Of a stretch of 64,000 nt of DNA, positions 1 to 9,854 are shown one piece after another. The position numbers and the translations under genes were made by a program. The stretch comes from a virus (lineage: Duplodnaviria; Heunggongvirae; Uroviricota; Caudoviricetes), in the IMG/VR virus record IMGVR_UViG_3300044712_002452, positions 11,336 to 75,335 of that record, one strand, 5' to 3'. How positions within the stretch are numbered: the first letter of the stretch is position 1; each line of letters opens with the position of its first letter. Below the pieces are notes generated by a model. The model did no database searches, was not told the origin of the DNA, and saw nothing but the letters and a program-made list of their open reading frames with translations.

Positions 1-1
1 A

Positions 2-958
2 GGTAGCAGCGCCTTTAATGATGTTACTTCTGGAACCAATACGACGGCTACCATGACGGTAGGAAGTGGTGCAACGCTTAATCGAAGCGGTACCGGTATT
101 ATTGACGCTAATCGAATTCAAGGTATTGTAGTAAACCCTGGCTATACACAAGGTCAAATTATGCAGTACGATGCCAACGGACAGTTTTCCCCTGCAAACT
201 TCAATTTGTTGACGGTGATGGCAAACGGAAACAGTAGCAACATTCAGTTTAACTCTCAGGGGAATTTTGGTTACAAGTCGGGAGATTATGATTGGGGTCA
301 AGATGGTAGCGATAATTTCAAAATCAGAAAAGGGGGTGGTGATTTGTTTACCATTAAGACAGGATTCTTTGGTTTCAATGAAAGCAATCCTACGCATATG
401 TTGACGGTAAGAGCCGACAACAACACTTCCGGAACATTGGCTGTGTTGTTTAAAGACTTTTTTGGAGTAAACCTTTTTGATCTACGCGGTGACGGTACCG
501 GAACCATCAATAAGAAAGCTTGGCAATATGCCGCTGATTATAGTTCAGGATATACCGCTCGTTCTTTAGTTGATAAAGGGTATGTAGATGCACAAATTCA
601 GCTTGTAAAAGACAGTTTGGTAAAAGACTCCGTAAGTATGGTTACAACGACATCCACTGATGCATTGAACATGGACACGCTTACTACTGCGCCCGGTACA
701 GTAACGGTTTATGATGTTACAATAGTGGGCTCTAAAGCCAATGCAACCAATGTTTGGGCGCTTAAAGTAGCCGTTAAAAATGTAGGCGGCACCTACAGTT
801 TTACCCGAACCATTGAAAATGTAATGGAAGAAGATGCTTCTAATGACGCGGACGCGGCTTTATTAGGTAATCGTATTGTTTTGTTAGTAGTGGCCAATAG
901 CGGGGGTACGGTAAAATGGACAAGTTCAAAAATTATTAAATCGACACATACACTATAA
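2..958 (+). CDS. Tail fibre-like protein, 5'-truncated by the window edge
   Basis: The frame is open from position 2 through the ATG at 53. G/T/N-rich beta-strand repeats and a 'RSLVDKGYVDAQ' fibre-type motif. Confidence 0.6.
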   Translation, partial: GSSAFNDVTSGTNTTATMTVGSGATLNRSGTGIIDANRIQGIVVNPGYTQGQIMQYDANGQFSPANFNLLTVMANGNSSNIQFNSQGNFGYKSGDYDWGQDGSDNFKIRKGGGDLFTIKTGFFGFNESNPTHMLTVRADNNTSGTLAVLFKDFFGVNLFDLRGDGTGTINKKAWQYAADYSSGYTARSLVDKGYVDAQIQLVKDSLVKDSVSMVTTTSTDALNMDTLTTAPGTVTVYDVTIVGSKANATNVWALKVAVKNVGGTYSFTRTIENVMEEDASNDADAALLGNRIVLLVVANSGGTVKWTSSKIIKSTHTL

Positions 959-960
959 CT

Positions 961-2391
961 ATGAAAAAACTCTTACTCGGATTATTGTTGTTTAGCGCAA
1001 CGGCTCAAGCTCAAATTACGCAATGGGTTATCGGTTCGGCTGCCGGCGGCGGTGGGGATACAGCCCACAAGTACCCCAAAATGATGTACACTAAGACTTT
1101 TGATGTCAATGCTTCTACAACAGGTTCTTGGCAAAGTGCAGGTATTACATTTGATGGTGCCAATCAACGGGTTCAAGTAGTTACCAACAATCTTGGGTTT
1201 GACGGATTGATATTCTACCCATCCACTCAAATTATTGCACCTGGACAAAAAGGGTTAATTACGGTTGATGTGGACATTGATACTTTAAAGTCGGTGTATG
1301 TATTTAGTACTTGGCCTGATTTTGTAGATAGTATTACAGTTTCAGGAACCTATACTTTTGAGTTTACTGCTGGATCTACTGTATTTCCTATTATCAGTGC
1401 AGGAAGTATAAATAAAGGACGCTTTTATGTAAAACATTTGAGTGTTTTTTATCCGGATAAGTATGAACCGGTCGCTACAAAGCCGTCTATTTTAAACTTT
1501 CAATCTACTCGTACAGGTAATAAAAAGTGGCTATCTGCAGGTAATAGAAACAAAGTAAAATCTTCAACGTCCGGTACAGATATCACCAGTTCTATTACCG
1601 TTGGATTTAATTCTGATGCGGGTTCTGATATCGGAGGACAAATTTATGGATCCAATTCATCCATTGAACAAGTCGTTCCCGGTCATAGGTACTATTCAAT
1701 GACTCAATACACAGGATCAAATTTTACAGCTAGTATTGGTAACAGCTTGATAGGTGATTATGCTTTTGCATCAGGTTGGAGACTGAATACGTTTGGTAAC
1801 TATGCTTTCAATTTGGGTGTGTCTAATAATATCATGGGAGATCGAACTTGGGCAATCGGCACGCACTTGGTAGCGGTGGGTAAAGCGGCTCATGCGTTTC
1901 AAGATAAGACCACTGACAATATTTTAATCGACGCAGCTATTGGCGACAATCCTTCGGAACACGTATTCTTTGGAAGTGCCCACTCGCATAGAAAAAGAAA
2001 TCATCCCATTACAGGTATTCCTGAATCTGGAGACTACGTTCCAGCCAATGAAATTGTACGGATCTATGGTGCCAGTGCCTATGACGACCGAGCGGTTCCT
2101 TCAGAATTTAATGTCGGCGGTGGGCATATTCGTATTGTTGCCGGTTTACCTACCGGAAGCGGTACACCGGGTACTGTCGGTTTTGCCGGTGCCTTAAGTA
2201 CACAAGCTTCACCAGGAAATAACAAAAGGCGACAAGATGTTTTAATGCTTTCTGCAGATGGTCAGTTGGTTAATACAACGACCGATACCCCCGTATTGAT
2301 TTACTATGGTGGATCATTAAGACGAATCAAAGTTGGAGCGGAAGGAAGCGGTGCCATTGGTGGAACAAGCCGAGCTTTATACATTGAATAA
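961..2391 (+). CDS. Signal-peptide-bearing fibre/spike-like protein
   Basis: N-terminus MKKLLLGLLLFSATAQA|Q. Central YadA-head-like repeats (GNYAFNLGVSNNIMGDRTWAIG). C-terminal 'RRIKVGAEGSGAIGGTSRALYIE' resembles phage fibre C-termini. Confidence 0.5.
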   Translation: MKKLLLGLLLFSATAQAQITQWVIGSAAGGGGDTAHKYPKMMYTKTFDVNASTTGSWQSAGITFDGANQRVQVVTNNLGFDGLIFYPSTQIIAPGQKGLITVDVDIDTLKSVYVFSTWPDFVDSITVSGTYTFEFTAGSTVFPIISAGSINKGRFYVKHLSVFYPDKYEPVATKPSILNFQSTRTGNKKWLSAGNRNKVKSSTSGTDITSSITVGFNSDAGSDIGGQIYGSNSSIEQVVPGHRYYSMTQYTGSNFTASIGNSLIGDYAFASGWRLNTFGNYAFNLGVSNNIMGDRTWAIGTHLVAVGKAAHAFQDKTTDNILIDAAIGDNPSEHVFFGSAHSHRKRNHPITGIPESGDYVPANEIVRIYGASAYDDRAVPSEFNVGGGHIRIVAGLPTGSGTPGTVGFAGALSTQASPGNNKRRQDVLMLSADGQLVNTTTDTPVLIYYGGSLRRIKVGAEGSGAIGGTSRALYIE

Positions 2392-2398
2392 TACAGTT

Positions 2399-3529
2399 AT
2401 GAAAAACCTTTTTATTTTACTATTACTGGCTTCTTTTTCAGTTAAAGCTCAGGTAACGTCTGGATTTTTATCTTTAGGTGCTGGTAATTGTGGTGATGTA
2501 GTAAATGCTACTATTCCTGTCTATTGGAATGGTACATTAGCAAATGGGGTGGTTTTGTATTCAGATGCCGCTAAAACAACACCTTATGATGGAAATTGGA
2601 ACAACTATACTATTCGTAGATTGTCGGGTTCCGGTACTATTAACGCTCATTTTTATGTGACTGATAATTCTGGGGCTGTGGGTAACTATGTTGATTGTGG
2701 AGGTTGGGTAGAGTATTTAGGACGAGATTATCCTGCTAGTTGTGATAGTGTTCGTATTGGCGGTAATGATGTCCTTGTACGCAGACCTTTAGATTACGAC
2801 TCTTCTTGGAATGCTAACCGCAAGTACCCGGTGATGATTTTCCTGCACGGGAACGGAGAAGCCGGCAGCAATTTGAATACAATGTACAACGCCGGACTTC
2901 CGCGTGTGCTGACTCTTTCTCAAAACGTCGGTAATCCTTTGATGGATAGCATTATTTATGTAATGCCGCAGCATACGACAAATGCTTCTGTATGGCGAAT
3001 ACCTAACGATCTAATAGGTATTGTAAACTATATCGACGCTACCTATCGAGTTGATACTACACGATGGGCGCTTGGGGGGCTTTCTCAGGGAGGTTCCAAT
3101 ACAATCGATGTGCTTACTTGGGGTCCAACTTCTTTTGTAGCGCCCAATAACTATTTTTCAAAATTCAATCGTTTCAAACTACTGTATATCTTATCCAGTC
3201 CGACTATGAATTATCTGGATACCATTATGACCAATATTCAAGGTCGGAGATACCGAAGTTGGATCGGGTTAAGTGATGGTACATTTCTTGGACAACATCG
3301 ATCAAACATTGACAAACTGCAGGAAAAAGGACTCGCTGGATATGAATATGAAATCCCAGGGTCTCATTCAAATCAAGTTTGGGATAGTGCCATGAGTTTC
3401 CGAGGAACAGATACGCTTACTAATATTCACCGATGGCTTATTCAATCAAGCGGTACATTACCCTCAGCACCCACACCCATTATTCAAAAACAGATCCGAT
3501 ACTTAAATCGTAGAAAAATCTACTCATGA
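2399..3529 (+). CDS. Secreted alpha/beta-hydrolase (esterase/carboxylesterase-like)
   Basis: Likely start is the ATG at 2399 (MKNLFILLLLASFSVKA|Q). Motifs PVMIFLHGNGE, GLSQGG (GxSxG nucleophile elbow) and a C-terminal His in 'PGSHS'. Confidence 0.75.
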   Translation: MKNLFILLLLASFSVKAQVTSGFLSLGAGNCGDVVNATIPVYWNGTLANGVVLYSDAAKTTPYDGNWNNYTIRRLSGSGTINAHFYVTDNSGAVGNYVDCGGWVEYLGRDYPASCDSVRIGGNDVLVRRPLDYDSSWNANRKYPVMIFLHGNGEAGSNLNTMYNAGLPRVLTLSQNVGNPLMDSIIYVMPQHTTNASVWRIPNDLIGIVNYIDATYRVDTTRWALGGLSQGGSNTIDVLTWGPTSFVAPNNYFSKFNRFKLLYILSSPTMNYLDTIMTNIQGRRYRSWIGLSDGTFLGQHRSNIDKLQEKGLAGYEYEIPGSHSNQVWDSAMSFRGTDTLTNIHRWLIQSSGTLPSAPTPIIQKQIRYLNRRKIYS

Positions 3530-6108
3530 AAAAACTGATCTTTCTTTTTTTACTCACCGCTTTTACAAGTTTTACACTTAGGGCTCAATACACTTTGGCG
3601 GGTTACATAACTTCCACAGGGCAGGGGTCGCTTGAAAATTCGTGCGCAGCCGTTAGTGTTAGTACCCCGATTTACTCTGTGGGTGGTACCATTGCAAACA
3701 ACCAGGCTATTTACACCAGCTCATCGGGAGGTCAGATCACAGACTACGATTGGAGAGGATTTGCACTTATTGAGGGTGGAACACCAACCCACAGCTTACA
3801 GATTTGGGGAGATGGCACGGTCCGAAATTATTCGGCTTGTGGAAGCGGCGGCGGTGGCAGCAGCACATCTGCCGGTCTTGCTCCTGCACCTTCTGGATGG
3901 GGAAAGAAAATCAAGCCTATTATTATGATGGACTTGGCGAGATTCGACCAATACGGGGGCGGTGGTGGTGGAATGTTTGCACTCTTTGACGATTCAACCA
4001 ACACCGTTTGGTTTCCTTGGAGACAACCTGAAAAGTATGTAAAAAAAGGTTGGGATGACTTTCACAAAATACAATGGCACGGCAATAGAGGGTTAAGAAT
4101 GGTTTGGGATTTAATCGGTGATTCAAACATTAACGATTTATCCAAAAAGTACGTTTTCAGGGATTCCGTGTACGCATACGATAAAACATTCACAAGCGGC
4201 AAAGGGGCGGTTTATTTAGCATCACTTGATAGCGTACTTGCAAACGTGCCGTGGTATGACCGTTGGAAGTACTTTGCCCGACCTGATTCGCTTTTAAAGC
4301 CCTTTGCAGTTGTAGTACCTAACAATGGAGCAAGCAGCGGGGGAGTTTGGAGAAGTTACAAGACCCGCAAAGTAGATAGCGCACGCTATGTGTATGCGTG
4401 GGCGGTTGCAGACACCACAGGGGGAAGCACAGCCGATTATCCAACTATCGGGGAATTATCATTTTATGGTACGCCAAACTTTGATAGTGCTACCATCAAG
4501 CATTGGAGTTACTATGCTCCACCCGTACAAAACAATACGCTCGACAAATTTACAGGCGTAAATGTGGGAGGACTTTATAACACCAAAAATTTAAAAGACC
4601 GGCACGGCGTTCGGTTGTACGCTTGGACACTCCACGTATTTGATGCTGATAGTACGACTTCTTGGCCTTCCAATATTTATGATGCAAGTCCCGATGGTTA
4701 CAATCCTGACGGAGATTGGCCTATTATAGACTCATTGAGAGAACTGGGCACAAAGCCGTATTTTGTAATTGCCGGAGGTAACAAAAGACAGCGGTGGCTT
4801 ACAAATTCAAGTGCAACGGCTGATTTGAACAAAATAGCTCCACTTAATTCACCCCTTGACGAAGTGGAAGACCCTGCAAGTTACCGGCGTACAGCAGATT
4901 TCTTTCGACACTTTGGGGCTAAATTCGGAAAGAATACCGCAGGACTTACAGCGGGTCAGTTACGTTGGAATAATGAGGCTCCAACAGGCTTAGGGCTTTA
5001 TTGGTTTGATGACGTGGAGAATGGAAATGAAGAAGAACACCGCACAGGTATAAGCGAACTGGGGTACTTTTTCAAGTCTCAAATGGACTATGACGGTTAC
5101 GCAGGAAGATTCCCGAATTTAGGCTTACGCTCTTCCGATACTTCAATGAAATTGTTGATGAGTGCAACACACACACCCGACACCAATAGGGTGAAGATGT
5201 ATGTTTACTTCTCGCATTTCTTCCGACCCGATTCATTGTTTGTGTGGGGTTCTGTTAATCAGCACCATTACAGCACAAGCTACGCAAAGACCTACGGTTA
5301 TTATCCAGCGCAGGAAGGTTTAGTAGGAGCAAGGGGAGTAACAGCTGAGTATGATAGCCTTAAATTCAGGCTTAAAGGCATTGTCGAAAATACATACAGG
5401 TTTTTACGAAAACCTAGTATTGACATTGAATTAACCGAGTGGGGCTACGACCATTACCAACAGCCCACGCCTGACCCTGCACCCTTCATCCACACCTTTA
5501 TTCAAGCACCAAATTATCCCGGCTATGATAGCACACAGGACAAGGCTATTGCAATCGAGGCGGGTATCATGGAAGCCTTTGCAGCGGGGATAAACAATCT
5601 TGTAATCTTCATATCCGAGAACCCTTGCTTTTGCGACAACAACAACCAAATACTATTTGCAACAGCGGGTGAGATTCGCTCATGGACTGGCTATACCGCA
5701 ACTGCTTTTTGGCCTACCCACCACACGCAAAATTGGCACTCCCGAATGTTAACCGATTGGGCATGGGATAGTGAAATACGCGGAGATGCCATGGACACTG
5801 TTCGAGTGTACAAGCTCAGACACAAGCTGTATGTCGACTCAGTTTGTTATTATGTCCGGTACTGGCCGCTGGATGATGTCGGTACACCGATCACCGTGAA
5901 TGTGGGTTCGGTGGATGGCGCGGGCACTCGCCGGCAGATACAATTTACGGATACCGCTCCCACCGAAAGTTATGTGGCAGTCAATAATGGGGAGTTTCAA
6001 ACAACCGCCCGGGCGCGATCACAGTATTTCTTTTTTAAAGAAGTGCCAGGTGAAGGGGGTGGACCTAGGCGTAATTTTTATCGAATACGAGCCCGATTCA
6101 AAAATTGA
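3526..6108 (+). CDS. Secreted glycoside hydrolase-like protein (clan GH-A-type TIM barrel, GH39/GH5-like)
   Basis: Signal peptide MKKLIFLFLLTAFTSFTLRA|Q. 'VENGNEE' (acid/base NE) and 'IELTEWGYD' (nucleophile) motifs at suitable spacing. ATGA overlap with the upstream gene. Confidence 0.55.
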   Translation: MKKLIFLFLLTAFTSFTLRAQYTLAGYITSTGQGSLENSCAAVSVSTPIYSVGGTIANNQAIYTSSSGGQITDYDWRGFALIEGGTPTHSLQIWGDGTVRNYSACGSGGGGSSTSAGLAPAPSGWGKKIKPIIMMDLARFDQYGGGGGGMFALFDDSTNTVWFPWRQPEKYVKKGWDDFHKIQWHGNRGLRMVWDLIGDSNINDLSKKYVFRDSVYAYDKTFTSGKGAVYLASLDSVLANVPWYDRWKYFARPDSLLKPFAVVVPNNGASSGGVWRSYKTRKVDSARYVYAWAVADTTGGSTADYPTIGELSFYGTPNFDSATIKHWSYYAPPVQNNTLDKFTGVNVGGLYNTKNLKDRHGVRLYAWTLHVFDADSTTSWPSNIYDASPDGYNPDGDWPIIDSLRELGTKPYFVIAGGNKRQRWLTNSSATADLNKIAPLNSPLDEVEDPASYRRTADFFRHFGAKFGKNTAGLTAGQLRWNNEAPTGLGLYWFDDVENGNEEEHRTGISELGYFFKSQMDYDGYAGRFPNLGLRSSDTSMKLLMSATHTPDTNRVKMYVYFSHFFRPDSLFVWGSVNQHHYSTSYAKTYGYYPAQEGLVGARGVTAEYDSLKFRLKGIVENTYRFLRKPSIDIELTEWGYDHYQQPTPDPAPFIHTFIQAPNYPGYDSTQDKAIAIEAGIMEAFAAGINNLVIFISENPCFCDNNNQILFATAGEIRSWTGYTATAFWPTHHTQNWHSRMLTDWAWDSEIRGDAMDTVRVYKLRHKLYVDSVCYYVRYWPLDDVGTPITVNVGSVDGAGTRRQIQFTDTAPTESYVAVNNGEFQTTARARSQYFFFKEVPGEGGGPRRNFYRIRARFKN

Positions 6109-6111
6109 TAA

Positions 6112-6126
6112 TTATTCGTATATTAT
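6112..6126 (+). promoter_or_regulatory. Putative phage promoter motif TTATTCGTATATTAT
   Basis: An identical 15-mer occurs at 6743-6757. Both lie 7-9 nt upstream of a start codon. Confidence 0.55.
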
Positions 6127-6135
6127 AGTAAAGCA

Positions 6136-6375
6136 ATGTTTATGGAAAACACAACTCAAAAAAGCTGGATCCAAAATATTTTTGGTGACGACCCCAAAAC
6201 GTCTATTATGGGTGTAACGTTAGCCGTTTTGACGGTGGTTCAAGAGTATCGTGAAAACGGGTCCGTGGACGTAGCCAGTGTGCTAATTGCAGCTATTATC
6301 GCTGGACTCGGATACTTGGCCGCTGATTCCAGAAAAAAAACGCGATCAAAAAAAATTAACCAACCAAATCCATAG
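6136..6375 (+). CDS. Holin-like two-TM membrane protein
   Basis: 79 aa, two hydrophobic helices, 'PKTSIMG' N-terminal motif and a highly basic C-terminal tail. Confidence 0.55.
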   Translation: MFMENTTQKSWIQNIFGDDPKTSIMGVTLAVLTVVQEYRENGSVDVASVLIAAIIAGLGYLAADSRKKTRSKKINQPNP

Positions 6376-6378
6376 TCT

Positions 6379-6666
6379 ATGTTGTACGCAGTAATTGGTT
6401 TTTTGATAGCCCTTACCCTGGTGTATGGCTATAAGTGGCTCAATGATGGAGCCAGTGTAAAAAAAGATGTTCCGGCCATTGTGGTACTGAGCGTCATCGG
6501 ATTGCTCTTTGCTTACTTTTTACCCATTGTGCTCAATGGTGTATTCAATCTGTTTAAACCCGGCGATCAGGTAAGCCCTTGGGTTTTGGTGATTCTAAGT
6601 GTAATTGCCGGCTTCGCAAGTCAGGTTTTTATTTTACCCTTGTTTATTAAGAAAACACAGGTTTAA
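6379..6666 (+). CDS. Small three-TM membrane protein (holin/antiholin-like)
   Basis: 95 aa with three hydrophobic segments, adjacent to the holin-like gene. Confidence 0.45.
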   Translation: MLYAVIGFLIALTLVYGYKWLNDGASVKKDVPAIVVLSVIGLLFAYFLPIVLNGVFNLFKPGDQVSPWVLVILSVIAGFASQVFILPLFIKKTQV

Positions 6667-6683
6667 TAAAGAGCTATTCATTG

Positions 6684-6718
6684 AAAAAGCATCTTCCCAA
6701 AAAGAAGATGCTTTTTTT
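6684..6718 (+). terminator. Intrinsic terminator
   Basis: AAAAAGCATCTTC-CCAAAAA-GAAGATGCTTTTTTT: perfect stem followed by a T-run. Confidence 0.8.
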
Positions 6719-6742
6719 ATTCACTTGTAGATTTAGAGCATT

Positions 6743-6757
6743 TTATTCGTATATTAT
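6743..6757 (+). promoter_or_regulatory. Putative phage promoter motif TTATTCGTATATTAT (second copy)
   Basis: Identical to 6112-6126. Lies just after a terminator and just before the ATG at 6765. Confidence 0.55.
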
Positions 6758-6764
6758 TAGTACA

Positions 6765-7463
6765 ATGAAAGTAAGTATAGAAACTTTAAAAGAGTATTTT
6801 TTTACCGGTAAAAAACCGGTACAAGAAAACTTTTTTGACCTAATTGATTCATTTGTTCATAAAGACGAGCTGGAAGATTTTCCCATTTTCAGTGATCGGA
6901 TTCAAATGGATAATGTTGAAGGGCTTACTGATTTATTGACGAATTTATCAGAAACCTTAGACCGACAAGAAATTCAAGTTTACAATAATGTCGTTCAATT
7001 AGCGGGAATAGAGGGTTCAATGGGCGAAAAACTCATTGTGAAAAACCAGGGTATTTATCAATGGGGTATTGTAAGTACGGGCACTACTTCTGTACCCGCA
7101 TTAAACGGCGGTTTTTGGAATCCAATTTTAGTATTGGGATCAGGCGGTTCTGGAACTATCCCCAGCGCAGGATTACCGTTTGATAGCTTTACTTTAACGC
7201 TCAATGGTACGCGTGTGATCCCCGCCGGCCAAAGCCTGCTTCGGATTTACTTAACGCCCAATGAGAATTTTGGATCCAGTGTTTTACTAATTGGTACAAC
7301 CCCTGATGGCAATGAAATAGCTACTTACCAGGGTAATGCTAACCAGAAAGCTTTGATTCAAACCAATTTGGTCGCTAATGGGGATACGACTATTTATTTC
7401 AGTTCACCCGATTGGTTTGGCGGCCAACGGTCGTTAAACGTGAAACTTATTAAAGAACTATAA
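6765..7463 (+). CDS. Tail fibre/appendage protein
   Basis: Likely start is the ATG at 6765 (the ORF-track start lies inside the terminator). The N-terminal 'LKEYFFTGKKPVQENFFDLIDSFVHKDE' resembles the attachment motif of Bacteroidota phage fibres. Confidence 0.55.
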   Translation: MKVSIETLKEYFFTGKKPVQENFFDLIDSFVHKDELEDFPIFSDRIQMDNVEGLTDLLTNLSETLDRQEIQVYNNVVQLAGIEGSMGEKLIVKNQGIYQWGIVSTGTTSVPALNGGFWNPILVLGSGGSGTIPSAGLPFDSFTLTLNGTRVIPAGQSLLRIYLTPNENFGSSVLLIGTTPDGNEIATYQGNANQKALIQTNLVANGDTTIYFSSPDWFGGQRSLNVKLIKEL

Positions 7464-7475
7464 TCTCAGCTTGAT

Positions 7476-9314
7476 ATGAGCGGAAACAATAACCCGATTA
7501 GAAGCGGCAGCCAAGTAAGTACCGGGCAACCTATTTCTTCCCAGCAAGTGGTTTGGAATGGTCCGAATATTCCTTTGCTGCAAATCAAGAAAGGAGAAAA
7601 AATCGATTCTACCATTTACAAGGCCGCCATGGTGATGACTGAAATCATCAGCGAGGTGGATCTTTCTACGGTAGACGTAAAGGATTTGTTGAAGGTTTGC
7701 GCTACTTGCCCTAATCCGACTAAAAATGTAAAGACTATTTTATCGGCGTTGATTGGGAAGGTATATCTCATTGAAGAATTGATTGAATCGCTCGATCGAC
7801 AAGTAGATGGCGAAGAAGTTTTGATTCGGGTAGCTGCTTGTTTTCGGACTGAAGACGATGGGGTACCCATTACACAACTCAAGCATTCGGATTATACCAA
7901 AGCCATTGGCTTACAGGTATGTGAGATTTTGGCAGCCGTAAAAGGGTATGAAAATGTCATTGATCAAATCGAAAACGATGTTTCCGAATTAAAACTGCGG
8001 GTATCAGCTTTGGAAGAAACCGATGACGCCATCATTGAATTGGAAAGTCGTATCGAAGTATTGGAAAAATACCGAACTGCGCTTACCCAAACTTTGGGCA
8101 GCATCAATGAAATTGCTTCCATTTTACAATCGGAACTTAAAGAATCCGAAGTCGGGGGTGCAATCCGTTCGCTGGTAACTGGTGAGGCTCTTTGGGCTGG
8201 AGATTCAACTACGGCTTCCTTGAGTATTAAACGCCTATGGCAACTGGCTATTGACGTGCGTTCGGCGGTAAAACTGATTCAAGAGAACTGCTGCAAGGTA
8301 ACCTGTGATGATATTGTCATTGATTTTGATGTTCGGCTCAACGACGATCGGACCCAAATGACCATATTTTTTGCTACCAAAACCATTTTACCCGGCGGAT
8401 TTAAGGACAACGACGCTTTGGGTAATAAGCTCACTATCATGGATGCGTTGGGTAACAAGTATGTAGAGCGGATTAAAGTGGCTGAAGAAGTCAATAATCC
8501 CAATGGATACGTAATTGATTTATCCAATACACCTATTGATCCTAACCAGGATTATTATTTGTCTATGGATGCGGCTGTTACTTCCGATCGAATGACTTGT
8601 GTTAAGTGTATCACTAAATCAATAACCTACAAATCCACTTGCGGTTACTGCGAAATTTTTGTCAAAGCTATGACGGGCGCAGCACCCGGTAATTTGATAT
8701 TGAGCTATCGTCGGGTTAGTGATCCTACGATTAAAACGGCGGTCGTAAAAACCGGCGATTCATTGATTATTCCCAAAGACATCATTATTATTCAAGCCAT
8801 TCGGGATGGAGATATTTCCATTGAAAGCCCTTGTGAGGGTATTGAGTTGCAATTAAACAACGCTGTGGGCGGGGTTCGGGAAGAATATGTGCTGAGTTTG
8901 GAATTTGCTGATTCTCAAGCCAAAGGTGATTTTGTTACCGGTATTGGATACAATGGTACTTTCTATCCGCTTACTACGCCGTTGGATATCTTGGCTGAAT
9001 TTAAAACAAACGCCAGTCTACCACATGGTATGAGCAAATTGTTCGAGTTCATTCAATCGGCTATCAGCGGCGGTCGGGATTTGCTTTTGCTCAAAGAATA
9101 CACCTTGGATACCTGGGCCGGCGGGGGAGGTACGGGTCAAGACGATCAATACATGAATGCGGTGGTTTTCAAAACTTTTGCAGCCATTATAAATAACGGA
9201 TTGTACGTACAGGTAGAAGGAAAGCCGGGTGGCGATAGCTACAATACCGCTTACCACGAACGCGGTATTCGTACCGTACAGATCCGTCCGTTTAAATTGT
9301 TGCCGCCCGAGTAA
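7476..9314 (+). CDS. Cys-rich, coiled-coil virion structural protein
   Basis: 'SSQQVVWNGPNIPLL..KKGEKID' N-terminal motif resembling structural proteins of environmental crAss-like phages, a central coiled coil and several Cys pairs. Confidence 0.5.
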   Translation: MSGNNNPIRSGSQVSTGQPISSQQVVWNGPNIPLLQIKKGEKIDSTIYKAAMVMTEIISEVDLSTVDVKDLLKVCATCPNPTKNVKTILSALIGKVYLIEELIESLDRQVDGEEVLIRVAACFRTEDDGVPITQLKHSDYTKAIGLQVCEILAAVKGYENVIDQIENDVSELKLRVSALEETDDAIIELESRIEVLEKYRTALTQTLGSINEIASILQSELKESEVGGAIRSLVTGEALWAGDSTTASLSIKRLWQLAIDVRSAVKLIQENCCKVTCDDIVIDFDVRLNDDRTQMTIFFATKTILPGGFKDNDALGNKLTIMDALGNKYVERIKVAEEVNNPNGYVIDLSNTPIDPNQDYYLSMDAAVTSDRMTCVKCITKSITYKSTCGYCEIFVKAMTGAAPGNLILSYRRVSDPTIKTAVVKTGDSLIIPKDIIIIQAIRDGDISIESPCEGIELQLNNAVGGVREEYVLSLEFADSQAKGDFVTGIGYNGTFYPLTTPLDILAEFKTNASLPHGMSKLFEFIQSAISGGRDLLLLKEYTLDTWAGGGGTGQDDQYMNAVVFKTFAAIINNGLYVQVEGKPGGDSYNTAYHERGIRTVQIRPFKLLPPE

Positions 9315-9348
9315 TTCAATTTGATTTCAAAATTTTAATCCGAACCCT

Positions 9349-9843
9349 ATGAGTTTATCCAAATATACCGAACGCTGTGTTCCAGAATTTGTTGTTCCGG
9401 AGCCTACGCCTTTACCACCTTGTCCGGAATCGGAAAACTGTTCTGAGATCATTCAATCCGATTGCGTGCGCATGAGTGCGGATATTCCGACACTCAACAT
9501 TACCAAAGGACAAAAGCTGACTTCCGTTTTTGTCAATTTTGCGGCCAATCAGTCTACTCAGGCTATTGCGGTGCAAGATAGCTTTTCGGTTGATTTATCG
9601 GGAACGGGTTTGAATACGGATCCCGTAAAAGCCGACGTAAAGCTATCGGCTGATACGGGTAATATGCTTACCGTCGAAACCGATGGACTTAAAGCTGTCA
9701 TGACACGGGAAGCGGTGTTGCAGATGTTTACGCTTATCGCTAATGATCCTGAATTGCAGATTTTGTTCTGTGAGCTGGTCGGAAACTGTGGAGATCAAGT
9801 TTGCGGTATTATTTCAGGGATTTCTGGTGAACCTCAACCTTAA
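9349..9843 (+). CDS. Virion structural protein
   Basis: 'CSEIIQSDCV..DIPTLNITKGQKL' motif, related to the N-terminus of the preceding gene. Confidence 0.45.
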   Translation: MSLSKYTERCVPEFVVPEPTPLPPCPESENCSEIIQSDCVRMSADIPTLNITKGQKLTSVFVNFAANQSTQAIAVQDSFSVDLSGTGLNTDPVKADVKLSADTGNMLTVETDGLKAVMTREAVLQMFTLIANDPELQILFCELVGNCGDQVCGIISGISGEPQP

Positions 9844-9854
9844 ACTGATTCATT

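Noticed and set aside
6681-6764. Upstream start of the 260-aa ORF
   Set aside because: It overlaps the terminator and promoter motif, and the conserved fibre motif begins at the ATG at 6765.
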